A stretch of 64,000 bases of DNA, taken from positions 19,981-83,980 of the IMG/VR virus record IMGVR_UViG_3300009152_000003, one strand, 5' to 3'. The DNA comes from a virus. Of the stretch, positions 18,610 through 28,316 are shown piece after piece. The notes below the pieces were generated by a model. The model was not told the DNA's origin and ran no database searches. It saw only the letters and a program-made list of their open reading frames with translations. Within the stretch, counting starts at the first letter, position 1; the number at the start of each line of letters is the position of its first letter. Both the position numbers and the translations under genes were made by a program.

Positions 18610-18800
18610 TCACCATCACCGCCCCCAACGGCCAACTGCTCGCCGACCAGCGCGGGCAGTTCTTTTACTCCCACAAGGGCCAGCTCGTCTCGGTTCCGCC
18701 GACCTCCTGTCGCTGGGACCTGGCCGACATGGCCCGCCTCTGGGGCGACATGTGCGCCGTCACTGGCAACCCATACGTCCTCTCCATCAGCCCTGGCTGA
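18606..18800 (+). CDS. hypothetical protein
   Basis: 64 aa, coupled to the upstream gene. Confidence 0.55.
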   Translation: MITITAPNGQLLADQRGQFFYSHKGQLVSVPPTSCRWDLADMARLWGDMCAVTGNPYVLSISPG

Positions 18801-19302
18801 CACCTTCCCGTTGCCCCGTCTGACGCCTCCTACCCTTGGTGGCGTCATGAGACGGGGACTCGCTCTTGCTTGGCCTGCCCAGGCGAGAGCTTTCATCCTC
18901 CCCACCCCCATGGTCAAAACCTTCTCCATCTTCATTTCCGGCGTCGTTGGCGTCGGCATGATTGCCGGCGCAATCGCCGACTACCGGGCCCTCCGTCTGG
19001 AGGCCCAGGCCGGGATCCCCGTCCCGGAATGCGCCAACATCAGCCTCCTTAGGCCCCCCTGCCGCTGACCTCTCGACCATCCATTGCAGCCGATCGCGGT
19101 CAATCAGCAGGTCGCCCCTGACCCAGCTGATCACGCAGTTCGGTAACACCTGCTCCTCTGGCACCGGCGGCTGCCAGCTGTACCAGCTGTGCTTGCACCG
19201 GCGACACCTTCGCCAGCGAATCCGACCGCCTTCTAGGTCGACCGCTGGACGACTGGTGACGCAACCAGCCAAGCCGTTGCACCGGGAGCACCTCACTGTC
19301 AC
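18787..19302 (-). CDS. NrdR-like zinc-ribbon protein (3' end uncertain)
   Basis: CSRC...VTSRP...RIRWRRCRRCKHSWYSW resembles the NrdR N-terminal Zn ribbon. Confidence 0.55.
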   Translation of the reverse strand: MTVRCSRCNGLAGCVTSRPAVDLEGGRIRWRRCRRCKHSWYSWQPPVPEEQVLPNCVISWVRGDLLIDRDRLQWMVERSAAGGPKEADVGAFRDGDPGLGLQTEGPVVGDCAGNHADANDAGNEDGEGFDHGGGEDESSRLGRPSKSESPSHDATKGRRRQTGQREGVSQG

Positions 19303-19350
19303 GCTGCCTGACTGCCATAGCGGTCAGACAGTTTACCCCCCTCTCGCCTC

Positions 19351-19569
19351 ATGATTCTCGAAATCTTTTGCGGCCACGAGGCCTATGGCCCCGCCATGGG
19401 CAGCGCCAGATACCTCAGGCGCCTTGCCAGGGCCTTCCAGCGCGTTCACCCGCACGCTCGCGTTGTCCTCTCCCCAGAGGACGGCTACAGGCCCGCCCAG
19501 CTGGCCCTCTTGGCCGCCATCGCCGATCAAGGCGAGCGCGACATGCGCGAGCTCATGGAGGCCCCATGA
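19351..19569 (+). CDS. hypothetical protein
   Basis: 72 aa with an ATGA overlap with the next gene. Confidence 0.55.
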   Translation: MILEIFCGHEAYGPAMGSARYLRRLARAFQRVHPHARVVLSPEDGYRPAQLALLAAIADQGERDMRELMEAP

Positions 19570-19898
19570 CCACACAATCACTCTCCCTCCGCCTGGCGGA
19601 CGACCTCGCCGCCAATCCCCTGACCTGGCCGGGGCTCTACCCCCGCTACGGCGTCACCAACGACGGTCAAGCGCTCTGCCCCGACTGCTGCCGGACGGAG
19701 CGCAAGTGGATCGCCACCACCACCGGCTCTGACGGCTGGTGCCTCATCGACGTCTCCGTCGACTGGGGCGATAGCGACATCAGCTGCAGCCATTGCAGCA
19801 AGCCAATCCTCGAGGCCTGCCTTGAGGAACCCCAGGTCGGCACCGACGCGCCCACCGTTGAAGAACGCAACTCCCTCACCCTCGCCTACGCCCAATGA
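19566..19898 (+). CDS. conserved phage hypothetical protein (WPGxYP...LCxxC, CxxC)
   Basis: Motif pattern TWPGLYPRYGVTNDGQALCPDC...CSHC; ATGA overlaps on both sides. Confidence 0.7.
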   Translation: MTTQSLSLRLADDLAANPLTWPGLYPRYGVTNDGQALCPDCCRTERKWIATTTGSDGWCLIDVSVDWGDSDISCSHCSKPILEACLEEPQVGTDAPTVEERNSLTLAYAQ

Positions 19899-20308
19899 AC
19901 CCTGCCATCAAGACCCAATGGGTCGCCGCCCTTCGCTCCGGTGAATACCAGCAAGGCAGAAACTTCCTTCGCACCGACGAGGGCTTCTGCTGCCTAGGGG
20001 TCCTCTGTGACCTGGCCGCCAAGGCCGGCATCGGTGTGTACTGGAGCAAGCCCGCCGCAGCACCCACTCTCGACGGCCGCGTCTACGACGACGTTCAAGC
20101 CTGCTGCGACTCAACTGGAATCCTGCCTGCGGCCGTCATGTGCTGGGCTGATCTCGACACGGACTCTCCCGAGGTAACCGCTGTCAATGGCCTAAACATT
20201 GACGTGACCACCGACGGCGATTCCAACGTAATCCCGCTGGCACGCCTCAACGACACGCATCTGTTTGATTTTTCCATCATCGCTGACCTCATTGAGGCTC
20301 AATTGTGA
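19895..20308 (+). CDS. conserved phage hypothetical protein
   Basis: WVAALRSGEYQQG...FCCLGVLCDL...LND...FSIIADLIE, a pattern common in phage early regions. Confidence 0.75.
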   Translation: MNPAIKTQWVAALRSGEYQQGRNFLRTDEGFCCLGVLCDLAAKAGIGVYWSKPAAAPTLDGRVYDDVQACCDSTGILPAAVMCWADLDTDSPEVTAVNGLNIDVTTDGDSNVIPLARLNDTHLFDFSIIADLIEAQL

Positions 20309-20580
20309 AGCAGATCTCCTACACCGAACTTGCGTCTCACTTCCACCCCGAAGTGCACGACAGCCTCAAGCGCGTCGCCTGCCACCCAGGCGCTACGCAC
20401 CTGGTCTTGTTCCAGAACCAGGCTCTTGATTCATCTGCCCACGGCCTCTGCTCTGCGTTGGCTGTGGGCCCCGGCTGCACCCGCGCCTCCCTCGAGGAGG
20501 CGTATGCCGGCCACCTGAATGACCTGCCGTCCCAGCGGCAATATCCCATCGCCCATTGCGAGCTGCCCCATGCCGCATGA
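20305..20580 (+). CDS. hypothetical protein
   Basis: 91 aa with a GTGA overlap. Confidence 0.6.
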   Translation: MKQISYTELASHFHPEVHDSLKRVACHPGATHLVLFQNQALDSSAHGLCSALAVGPGCTRASLEEAYAGHLNDLPSQRQYPIAHCELPHAA

Positions 20581-20875
20581 CCCCCTCTGGTCCGGCTGGT
20601 TCGATGGCCGCACGGCCATTCGTGACCTGCTGGCTGACTGTATCAAAGACTGCTCGGCTCGCGAAAGCGACGTCAGCGAAGCTGTTGACCACTGGGTCAA
20701 GAAGCTCCAGCTCGAGGCCCCACCCTGGCTGCTGCGCGAGCACCTCCGCGGCACCGGGGGCTACGAGCCCTGGCAGCTCTGCGATCACCAGGCGAACCTG
20801 CGTCGCCTGCTCTTTTCCTGGGCCTGCGACTGCCGCGAGAGCGGTCTCAACCTTCCCATCTATCTCGCTCGATGA
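20570..20875 (+). CDS. conserved phage hypothetical protein
   Basis: LREHLRGTGGY...DHQANLRRLLFSWACD. Confidence 0.65.
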   Translation: MPHDPLWSGWFDGRTAIRDLLADCIKDCSARESDVSEAVDHWVKKLQLEAPPWLLREHLRGTGGYEPWQLCDHQANLRRLLFSWACDCRESGLNLPIYLAR

Positions 20876-21066
20876 CGGCCCGCTCTGCGCCTTTCCTCTG
20901 CACCAGCATCTTCACCTGCGGTGTCTGCCTGGCGGATCTCGTCGACCGCAACACCGCGGACCACTCCTTCTACCCCCAGGCCTGGATCCCTGGGCCCCAC
21001 CCATCCCCTGCGGCGGTTGAGCTCCACGAGCTCCGCCGCTGGCAGACGCTTGCTAGCACACCATGA
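20872..21066 (+). CDS. hypothetical protein
   Basis: 64 aa, ATGA-coupled. Confidence 0.5.
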   Translation: MTARSAPFLCTSIFTCGVCLADLVDRNTADHSFYPQAWIPGPHPSPAAVELHELRRWQTLASTP

Positions 21067-21272
21067 ACTCCCCACTGCCGCGAGAGCGGCCTCAGCCTCT
21101 CACTCTCAAGGTAGAAGCCACCGGCGCCACCGACGACGACTTGCTCATCGCTCTCGACGAAGTCAAGCGCCTCATCTCTGAAGGCTTCAGCTCAGGCTTC
21201 GGCTCCAACGAGAGCGGCTCTTTCAGCTTCGAATACAGCGACACCGCCTGGAGACAAACCAATGAATCTTGA
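21063..21272 (+). CDS. hypothetical protein
   Basis: 69 aa, ALDEVKRLISEGFSSG...GSFSF; coupled. Confidence 0.65.
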   Translation: MNSPLPRERPQPLTLKVEATGATDDDLLIALDEVKRLISEGFSSGFGSNESGSFSFEYSDTAWRQTNES

Positions 21273-21474
21273 CTTCGACGCCGACCTCGGCGCCCCCGGG
21301 GCTCCGGCGTCCCGGCGCTTCGTGTTCATCACTCGAACAATCGGCCCCTCTGGCGGCCACGCCCTTGACGCTATTGCCGACGACGGCACTGCCTGGTACG
21401 CCGTGCTGCAGCGTGGCGCCGGCCTCAGCGTCTCGTCCTGGCAGCCGCACCCGCCTCTGCCGCCGATCAACTGA
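21262..21474 (+). CDS. hypothetical protein
   Basis: 70 aa, LDAIADDGTAW...WQPHPPLP. Confidence 0.6.
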   Translation: MNLDFDADLGAPGAPASRRFVFITRTIGPSGGHALDAIADDGTAWYAVLQRGAGLSVSSWQPHPPLPPIN

Positions 21475-21688
21475 ACACCGGCTCGGCCACGCCTAATGAC
21501 CGGGGGACAGCTTCCTCTTGGATGTCCGCCACCCGGCCAGCGCGGGCGCGCATCAGTTCTCTAACGCGCTCGCCCTCGGCGTTCCAGCCCATCGCAGGCA
21601 GCGCAAGGCCTCTCACTAGGGCCTCTTGCCATAGAGCTGCCTCGATCAACCCAGCCAGATCAATCTGGTCCCCCGCAAACCTCTCCAC
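21467..21688 (-). CDS. late-type hypothetical protein (RFAGDQ motif)
   Basis: GTG start immediately after the stop of 21690..22181. Confidence 0.55.
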   Translation of the reverse strand: MERFAGDQIDLAGLIEAALWQEALVRGLALPAMGWNAEGERVRELMRARAGRVADIQEEAVPRSLGVAEPVFS

Positions 21689-21689
21689 A

Positions 21690-22181
21690 TCAGGCGAGCG
21701 GGCTGTTCTCTGTCCTCTCGCCTGTCGTCGAGCCCTCCTGCAAGAACCCCATCAACTGCAACAACTGCTGGGCGGGCGCTGTCAACAGCGCACCGCCACC
21801 CACGATCGCCGTCGGCAACACGCCGCGACGGACGTAATCGTTCGTTGCGATCCCTTCGTTGATCATCTCCATCGTGCCGCGACCTGTCCAACCACCCTGC
21901 CCGCGACGCATGTCGGGGGCGTACTGGCTGGCAATCCTGGCGCGGCCCTTTTGATTGCCCAGGGCGCTCTCGATCCCCGCAACGGCATCAGCCGCCGGAG
22001 GAGCGAAGCCCCTGGTAATCCGCTCCATGATCTGCGAGCGGTACTTCCCTTCGGTATCGCCCTGGATCATCGCGGTGTTCCGCGCAATCCCAGCAGCCCT
22101 GTCCCCTGCTTGGCGCTTGGCTGCCTCCTCGGCAATCCAGGCGTCAAGCCCAGCAAGCTTGCCCTGAATCTGACCCCACAT
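21690..22181 (-). CDS. late-type hypothetical protein
   Basis: GAGGT SD and a TAGAAT -10 (22204-22209) upstream; C-terminal hydrophobic helix. Confidence 0.65.
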   Translation of the reverse strand: MWGQIQGKLAGLDAWIAEEAAKRQAGDRAAGIARNTAMIQGDTEGKYRSQIMERITRGFAPPAADAVAGIESALGNQKGRARIASQYAPDMRRGQGGWTGRGTMEMINEGIATNDYVRRGVLPTAIVGGGALLTAPAQQLLQLMGFLQEGSTTGERTENSPLA

Positions 22182-22227
22182 GGATAGCACCTCGGATCGT
22201 TCGATTCTAGGTGGATCTTTGTGGGTC

Positions 22228-22242
22228 CACTCAGCAGTGCAC
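22228..22242 (+). promoter_or_regulatory. conserved 15-mer, copy 5
   Basis: Exact match upstream of the ATG at 22285, back-to-back with a minus-strand TAGAAT. Confidence 0.8.
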
Positions 22243-22284
22243 ATGCCTGTTGAGCCCCTTTATCTCTCTGTTTGGAACAAGACC

Positions 22285-22686
22285 ATGCCCATCATCGCTT
22301 TTGGCCCCTTCGAAATCCGCCTCAACTCCGGCACCACCGGCGTCAACTGGACCGACACGGAGCTTGCCTTCGTGACCGGTCGTAACGGCGCCGGCTTCGC
22401 GACACGAGAAACCGCACTTCGCGCCGGCTTCAAGTCCGAGCACCTGCTCGAGCTCGCCGGTGAGGACGACACCAACGACACCAAGGTCGTCAACGGTGCC
22501 ACCTACCACGGCAAGCGCAGCACTGGCTTCGACGGCAAGGACTACGTCCTCTCTGCTGAGCAAATCGCCGCACGCGCCGAGTACCGCAAAGCCATGCGCG
22601 AAAGCCAAAACCAGGCCAAACGCGCCGCCGAGTTCGCCGCAGGCAGCGACCCCTCGATCACCGTCGAGGCCGCACCTGCGGGCTGA
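22285..22686 (+). CDS. hypothetical early protein
   Basis: 133 aa with strong codon bias, flanked by the motif and a terminator. Confidence 0.75.
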   Translation: MPIIAFGPFEIRLNSGTTGVNWTDTELAFVTGRNGAGFATRETALRAGFKSEHLLELAGEDDTNDTKVVNGATYHGKRSTGFDGKDYVLSAEQIAARAEYRKAMRESQNQAKRAAEFAAGSDPSITVEAAPAG

Positions 22687-22710
22687 TCCCTCAGGCCCTG
22701 CCACAATCAC

Positions 22711-22746
22711 AGCCTCGGCGTGCGTCCTGCATGCCGAGGCTTCTTT
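22711..22746 (+). terminator. intrinsic terminator
   Basis: AGCCTCGGC...GCCGAGGCT followed by TCTTT. Confidence 0.7.
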
Positions 22747-22958
22747 GTGACAACAGTGACCGCCATGGCAAGCTATCGCACCAATGCCGTGCTACACGTC
22801 CATCGCCTGCGTGACTGGTCTGCCATCTTGCTTCGTCAAGCAAGGGCCAGTTTCGACGCCGGCGATGGCAGTCAGACGGCCGAGTCCGTCGCTGCCATCC
22901 GCGACCTCCACCGCTCGTTCCAGCAACGAGCCCAGCAAATCGACCAAACCCTTTCCCT

Positions 22959-23654
22959 ATGACCATCGCCCCCTCTAAACCCAAAACCCCTTCCCTCTTC
23001 CAGATCACCCTGGAAAGCCAGGAGATCGACGGCGAGCTTTCGATCGCCCTAGCCAAGGCCAGCTCCGAGGACCCCGAGGAGCAAGCCGAAGCCGAGGCTC
23101 TGATCACCAGCCTGCTCGAGCGGGCCAATGACAGCCAGCGCATGCTGCTTCGCAAGGCCAACGGCATCTGCCAGATCCGCGAGATGCTGCTCGGTAAGGC
23201 CGAGTTCCTCCGCAAGGGCGCAGCCGAGCGCATCGCCAAAGCCGAGGCCGAGGAACGCGCCGCCCAGCGCCTGGAGGACTACCTCCTGCGCTGCCTGCAA
23301 GCCCTCCACCCCGGACAAACGAAGTTCGAACTGCCCGAGTTCACCATTGTTTCGCGTCCAAGCGAAGCCGTCGAAGTCGACACCAGCCTCGACGCTCCAG
23401 ACATGCCCGAAGAGTTCACCCGAGTTGAACTCAAGCTCAAGCTTTCAGGCCACGGCAGCACCAGGGCCTGCGACATCGAGCGCCTACTGCGTGGACACCT
23501 TGAAGACATGCTCGATGGCTGCCCTCCCGGCACCTACGAGCTGGCCGAGCCCAAGGCTGCGCCCGACAAGACGGCCATCAAGGCCGCCATCAAGGAGGGC
23601 GCCACCGTCCCCGGCGCACAACTGGTCAAGCGCCGCTCCTGGTCCATCAAGTGA
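22959..23654 (+). CDS. Siphovirus Gp157-family protein
   Basis: Long coiled coil and C-terminal PDKTAIKAAIKEGATVPGAQLVKRRSWSIK. Confidence 0.85.
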   Translation: MTIAPSKPKTPSLFQITLESQEIDGELSIALAKASSEDPEEQAEAEALITSLLERANDSQRMLLRKANGICQIREMLLGKAEFLRKGAAERIAKAEAEERAAQRLEDYLLRCLQALHPGQTKFELPEFTIVSRPSEAVEVDTSLDAPDMPEEFTRVELKLKLSGHGSTRACDIERLLRGHLEDMLDGCPPGTYELAEPKAAPDKTAIKAAIKEGATVPGAQLVKRRSWSIK

Positions 23655-23976
23655 CCGTCAAGTTCCCAATCAAGTTCCCATCAGGCGTCTGCCAAGCATC
23701 ACCAGGCGCCCAGCAAGTACCCATCAAGTACTTGCTTTCTCGATACCTGCCAAGTATTCGTTTTCCGGGTACTCGCTTCCCCCGGCCCGACTTCCTGCGC
23801 GTGACCACGCCGTCGGGCCGGTTCCTGGTCACACCCAACAGCGGCAGAGCACGGCTGGCCCTCAACCAGCTGTGCGATCCCTCCCTGCCGCGTCTCGGTG
23901 ACGCTCTGCTGCTCTCCCCTGAGCAGGCAGCTGGCGTCACCGCCTACCTCCAGTCCCTCTCCTTCTCTGTAAAGCC

Positions 23977-24606
23977 ATGGCAGTCCATACCATCACCTCG
24001 GCCCCCAGGCCCAGCTTCAGGCACAACGGTTACCACTTTGCCTACTACGACCGCGTTGCCCCCACCGGCAAGCAATGCGTGGTTGCCTTCCCAACCAGTC
24101 TCGCTGACACCATCAAGCCTGGCTTTCAGTTCGACGAAGCCACCAGTGTCCACTGGGACGACGCTCTCAAGGCGTCTGTCCTCCACTTGGACTTCGATGA
24201 GCGCGAAAGCCTGGCTGAGCCTTCGCTCCCTCCTGACCCTGAGTCCGGGTGGGGCGACATTGACTATCCCGCTCCCTCCCCTGCCGAAGTCGAGCTGACT
24301 TCCGGCAACAACCACGCAACACCTGCCGCCAATAGCCAGCCAGCCATGCGCGGCCCGGCTCACCGCAAATCGGAAGCTCAGAAGGCTATCGAGCAGGGGG
24401 CTCAGCTGCCCGCGGCCTACCTCAAGATCAACTTGGAGGTCAGTCGCTCCTTCCTGCTCCAGCTGCGCCTGATTGGCAACGCCGTTGGCGAACACAATCG
24501 CGCAATGATTGCTCAGAAGCTCTGCGCTATTTCGTCCATTCCCTACTACAAACAAATCGGCGTCAACCTCACAGAAGAAGACGTCAACAGCATGACTGCC
24601 CTCTGA
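23977..24606 (+). CDS. hypothetical protein
   Basis: 209 aa with typical early-gene codon usage. Confidence 0.65.
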   Translation: MAVHTITSAPRPSFRHNGYHFAYYDRVAPTGKQCVVAFPTSLADTIKPGFQFDEATSVHWDDALKASVLHLDFDERESLAEPSLPPDPESGWGDIDYPAPSPAEVELTSGNNHATPAANSQPAMRGPAHRKSEAQKAIEQGAQLPAAYLKINLEVSRSFLLQLRLIGNAVGEHNRAMIAQKLCAISSIPYYKQIGVNLTEEDVNSMTAL

Positions 24607-24636
24607 TACCGGCGAATGAGTGCGTTCTTGTGGGTG

Positions 24637-24651
24637 CACTCAGCAGTGCAC
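24637..24651 (+). promoter_or_regulatory. conserved 15-mer, copy 6
   Basis: Exact match, here extended to a perfect GTGCACT-CAGC-AGTGCAC hairpin; upstream of the ATG at 24675. Confidence 0.8.
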
Positions 24652-24674
24652 ATTCCTTGTTCCTTGTTTTCGCT

Positions 24675-25271
24675 ATGGAAGCTCTCCTTGCTCCGCAAGA
24701 CACCGCTCTTGCTCCTCTCCCCTCGTGGGCTGTTCCGGCCACGCCCGAGCGCAACTACACCACCGTCGGCATCTCTGCTGACGGCCTCCTCTACATCTAC
24801 GGCGACAGCGCCTCATCGCCAGGTCCCATCCTGCCCAGCGTGCTTGGCGTCGTCGTCGACATCCAAATCAGCCAACACGGCGGTGCCAGCCGCTACGGAG
24901 TCCGAGACTACCTGGACCTCCACCTGGGCACCGCCATCCCTGGTGAGTTCGTCGTGCTGCGCTTGCCCTGTCAGGCAAAGCCGCACCTCGATACCAGCGA
25001 GCTACAGACCCCGTGGTCCGTACGCTCCCTCGTTGGCGCTCTCCTCCTGCTTGACTTGCAGGAGACAGCGATCAAACTGCAAACCAAGCGCGGGAACACC
25101 ACCACGTTCTTCCGCGTCTTCCCCCACTCCGCCGAGGGGATCGAGCAACCCGAAGTCCGGGCCGAATCCATCGGACCGGCACAGGGCGACCTCGAGATCG
25201 CTGTTAACCGACTGCGCAGCCAGCTCGGTCTCCCTCCTCAATTCACCGAGCCCTTCGTTGATGTCACCTGA
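24675..25271 (+). CDS. hypothetical protein
   Basis: 198 aa beta-rich ORF following motif copy 6. Confidence 0.7.
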   Translation: MEALLAPQDTALAPLPSWAVPATPERNYTTVGISADGLLYIYGDSASSPGPILPSVLGVVVDIQISQHGGASRYGVRDYLDLHLGTAIPGEFVVLRLPCQAKPHLDTSELQTPWSVRSLVGALLLLDLQETAIKLQTKRGNTTTFFRVFPHSAEGIEQPEVRAESIGPAQGDLEIAVNRLRSQLGLPPQFTEPFVDVT

Positions 25272-25785
25272 CCCATCTGTACCGGACCAGATCTCCCAGG
25301 AATCCCTGCAACAGTTCCTGCTCAACGCCTCATCAGCAGGTGCCAGGGATCTGCCAATCGGAACCAAAGTTCCTCGGCTGCCGCTTAGCGACCCTGACTT
25401 TGGGGCCGCCGACTTGGTCGTCGCCTTGGAACAGCTCCTGGCAGCGGCGGGTGGAGCCAACTCGCTTCACCTCATGCACGCCAGCAGCTTCCTGCTGAGC
25501 GTTGTCGTCGCCGCTATGGAGCGACGCCTCGAAGATCCGGAGATTGCCGAAATCGGCGGGCTGGCCGGACTCGTCTTTCTGGCCACAACTCGAACGCTGA
25601 TCAGGGGCATCGTCACCTGCATCGGTCAGATCGATGACTTCATCGGTCCCCTCACCGTTGTCCACGCCGAGAGCATCGGCGGCGGCCCTGGCAGCCGCAA
25701 GGGGCTCGTCAGTGACGGCACCCTTTCCGCCCTGGGTCTCGACATCGAGGACTACGACCGCGAGTTCAAGCGGCGCGTCCCCTGA
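25261..25785 (+). CDS. hypothetical protein
   Basis: 174 aa from the ATG at 25261, overlapping the upstream stop. Confidence 0.6.
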   Translation: MSPDPSVPDQISQESLQQFLLNASSAGARDLPIGTKVPRLPLSDPDFGAADLVVALEQLLAAAGGANSLHLMHASSFLLSVVVAAMERRLEDPEIAEIGGLAGLVFLATTRTLIRGIVTCIGQIDDFIGPLTVVHAESIGGGPGSRKGLVSDGTLSALGLDIEDYDREFKRRVP

Positions 25786-25827
25786 CCTTCCCCACTCGCA
25801 CCTCTCTCTTCATCCCCTTCTCACCCC

Positions 25828-26910
25828 ATGTCAAGCGAGTTCACTTCAGGCGTCTTTGCTTTCGGCACCAAAGCCTGGCACAACGAAGGCGATGTCATCG
25901 AAGGCACCCTGCCGGCTGACGAGATGTTCCGCCGCGCCCAGGCCCTCTTCCCCGTCGAGACGCTCCAGCTCCACGCCGGCGACATTGACAGCCCTGCCCT
26001 GCACGACGCCATCGCCCGCGCTGCCGATCAGTCCTTCAGCTCACCAGAAGAGCGCGGCATCGCCATCCACCAGGCACTTCAGCAGCACCTGGTCTCGCTC
26101 AGGGAAAACCGTGTCGGCATCTGGCGCCCCGACGAACGCAAGATTCTCGGCACCGCCAGCCCTGGCTACCGCGTCATCCCCAACGTCCGACTCCTCGACT
26201 TCGCCCAGGCCATCCGCGAAGAAACCGACATGGACGCCTGCGTCGTCCTGCGCAACGGCGCCAAGGTCGCCTTCACGGCCAAGATTCGGGGCACCGACCA
26301 GCAGGTCGTGCCCGGCGACAAGGTGTACCGCAACATCGTGGGCTACCTCGGTCATGACGGCTCGACCGCGTTTGGCGGCATGTTCTCAGACATCCGCGTT
26401 GTCTGCCGCAACACCCTTGGCTTTGCGATGAGCGATGCCAACCGCCACGGGCGGCAGTTCACTATCCGCCACACCGACAACGACGTCGCCCAGATCGACA
26501 ACGTGCTTCAGAACATCGACATCGCCCGCCAGACCTTCGCTGCCGTCCTTGACGACTACCGCAGCATGCAGGCCACGCCGATGGGCCTCGACCTCTACCG
26601 CCACTGGCTGGAGCAGGTCTACCAAGTCCCCGACGTCAAGCTCGTCGGCGGCGACACTCGCCCGGGCCGCATCGACGACATGCCCCGCAAGTGGGCGCAG
26701 CTTGAGCGTGCCTGGAACTACGGCCTCGGCCGTGACATCCCCGGTGTTTCCGGCACCGTCTACGCCGGCCTCAACGCCGTCACCGAAGTCGAGACTTCGA
26801 TGCTGACTGCCGGTGCCGGCAAGCGCCGCCTGCACTCGACCCTGTTCGGCACCGGTGCTGGCGTCATCCGCCGCGCCAACGAACTGGCGCGTGATCTGGT
26901 GACTGCCTGA
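25828..26910 (+). CDS. DUF932/DUF945-family phage/plasmid protein
   Basis: AWH near the N-terminus, YRVIPN, GHDGS, IRVVCRNTL, IRHT and GTVYAGLNAVTE motifs. Confidence 0.85.
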   Translation: MSSEFTSGVFAFGTKAWHNEGDVIEGTLPADEMFRRAQALFPVETLQLHAGDIDSPALHDAIARAADQSFSSPEERGIAIHQALQQHLVSLRENRVGIWRPDERKILGTASPGYRVIPNVRLLDFAQAIREETDMDACVVLRNGAKVAFTAKIRGTDQQVVPGDKVYRNIVGYLGHDGSTAFGGMFSDIRVVCRNTLGFAMSDANRHGRQFTIRHTDNDVAQIDNVLQNIDIARQTFAAVLDDYRSMQATPMGLDLYRHWLEQVYQVPDVKLVGGDTRPGRIDDMPRKWAQLERAWNYGLGRDIPGVSGTVYAGLNAVTEVETSMLTAGAGKRRLHSTLFGTGAGVIRRANELARDLVTA

Positions 26911-26969
26911 TCGATCTTCCTGCCCCTGCTGTTTGCGGGGGCTTCCTCTCTTTCCTCTCACCTCACTCC

Positions 26970-28316
26970 ATGGCCAAATTCCAACTGACCATCAGCTCCG
27001 ACTACGTCAGCGACTGGAGCGCCTACGAAGGCGTCCGTGAATCCATCCAGAACGCCCTGGATGGCAAGGATGCCGGCCATCCCATGCACATCCGTCATAA
27101 CGGTGACACCCTCAACATCGCCAACTTCGGCGTGCGCCTCGACCGCTCGGTCTGGCTGATGGGCAGCACATCCAAAGCTGAGACCGACGCCCGCGGCCAC
27201 TTCGGCGAAGGGCTCAAACTCGGCGCCCTGGCTCTGGTCCGTGCCGGCCGCAAGCTCCGCATCGTCAACGATGACGAGGACTGGCTCTGCACCCTTGAGG
27301 ACTCCAAGGCCTTCCCGGGCCAGCAGGTCCTGACTGTCACCACCCGCAAGCGCCCCACCCCGCTGGGTGCCTTCTCGGTTCAGGTCCTCTGTTCCGAGGA
27401 GGAATGGAGCGAGTGGCAGGACTCCTTCATTGACCTCAAGCCCAAGGCTCTGAAGTCGATCCCCGCCGGCGGCGTCCAGATCCTCACCGATCCCGTCGAG
27501 CGTGGCCGCTGCTATGTCAAAGGCATCTTTGTCGAATACAAGCCGGATCTTTACGCTGGCTACAACTTCAACCGCGACGTTCGCACCGACCGCGATCGCC
27601 GGGTGATGAACAGCTTCGACTTCGACTACCACGCCGGCAACGCCTGGATCGGCGCCCTCACCGACGGAGAGATCACTCCCACCGACATGCTGGCCATGCT
27701 GCAATCAGCAGCGCCAGATGCTAAGGCAACCGGCAACCGCTATTGCCCCGCTTCTGGTATCGAAGCCGTCGGCACTGCCTGGACTTCCATCCATGGCGCC
27801 TCTGCTATGCCTGTTCTTGATCAAGCCGGCGCCATCGAAGCTGGTCACTATGGCCGGATCGGCATCATCGCCAGCCCTGCGACCTGCACCTTCCTCGATG
27901 ACCACCCGACATTGAGCCTCAAGTCCCTGCGGGTGGCGAAGCGCAACGACGTCACGGCCACCTACGGCCTGGGCGATCTCACCTATTCCGAGCGTTTCAT
28001 CTACCAGTCCGCCATCGAAGCCATCACCCCGACGCTTAACTCCATGGGCATCACGCCCATCGCGCCTCGTCTCGGCCTCGTCGACTTTCAGTGTGACGAC
28101 GTCCTTGGCCTGCACCGCTTCAACCGAGAAGAATCCGTGCACCAGATCCTGGTGGCACGGCGCACCCTCAAGTCCCTGCCCTCCTTCCTGCAGGTGCTCG
28201 TCCACGAGATTGCTCACGACTTCGGCGGCGACGGCGAAGTCAGTCACGAGCGCGCCGAAGGCGAGATCTTCTCCAAGGTCATCAGCCGACTGCTCGATGC
28301 CGCCCTGGTCGCATGA
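26970..28316 (+). CDS. GHKL (HATPase_c-like) ATPase fused to a C-terminal HExxH zincin-like domain
   Basis: Bergerat-fold motifs RESIQNALD, GSTSK and GHFGEGLKLG; C-terminal LVHEIAHD...H. Confidence 0.8.
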   Translation: MAKFQLTISSDYVSDWSAYEGVRESIQNALDGKDAGHPMHIRHNGDTLNIANFGVRLDRSVWLMGSTSKAETDARGHFGEGLKLGALALVRAGRKLRIVNDDEDWLCTLEDSKAFPGQQVLTVTTRKRPTPLGAFSVQVLCSEEEWSEWQDSFIDLKPKALKSIPAGGVQILTDPVERGRCYVKGIFVEYKPDLYAGYNFNRDVRTDRDRRVMNSFDFDYHAGNAWIGALTDGEITPTDMLAMLQSAAPDAKATGNRYCPASGIEAVGTAWTSIHGASAMPVLDQAGAIEAGHYGRIGIIASPATCTFLDDHPTLSLKSLRVAKRNDVTATYGLGDLTYSERFIYQSAIEAITPTLNSMGITPIAPRLGLVDFQCDDVLGLHRFNREESVHQILVARRTLKSLPSFLQVLVHEIAHDFGGDGEVSHERAEGEIFSKVISRLLDAALVA

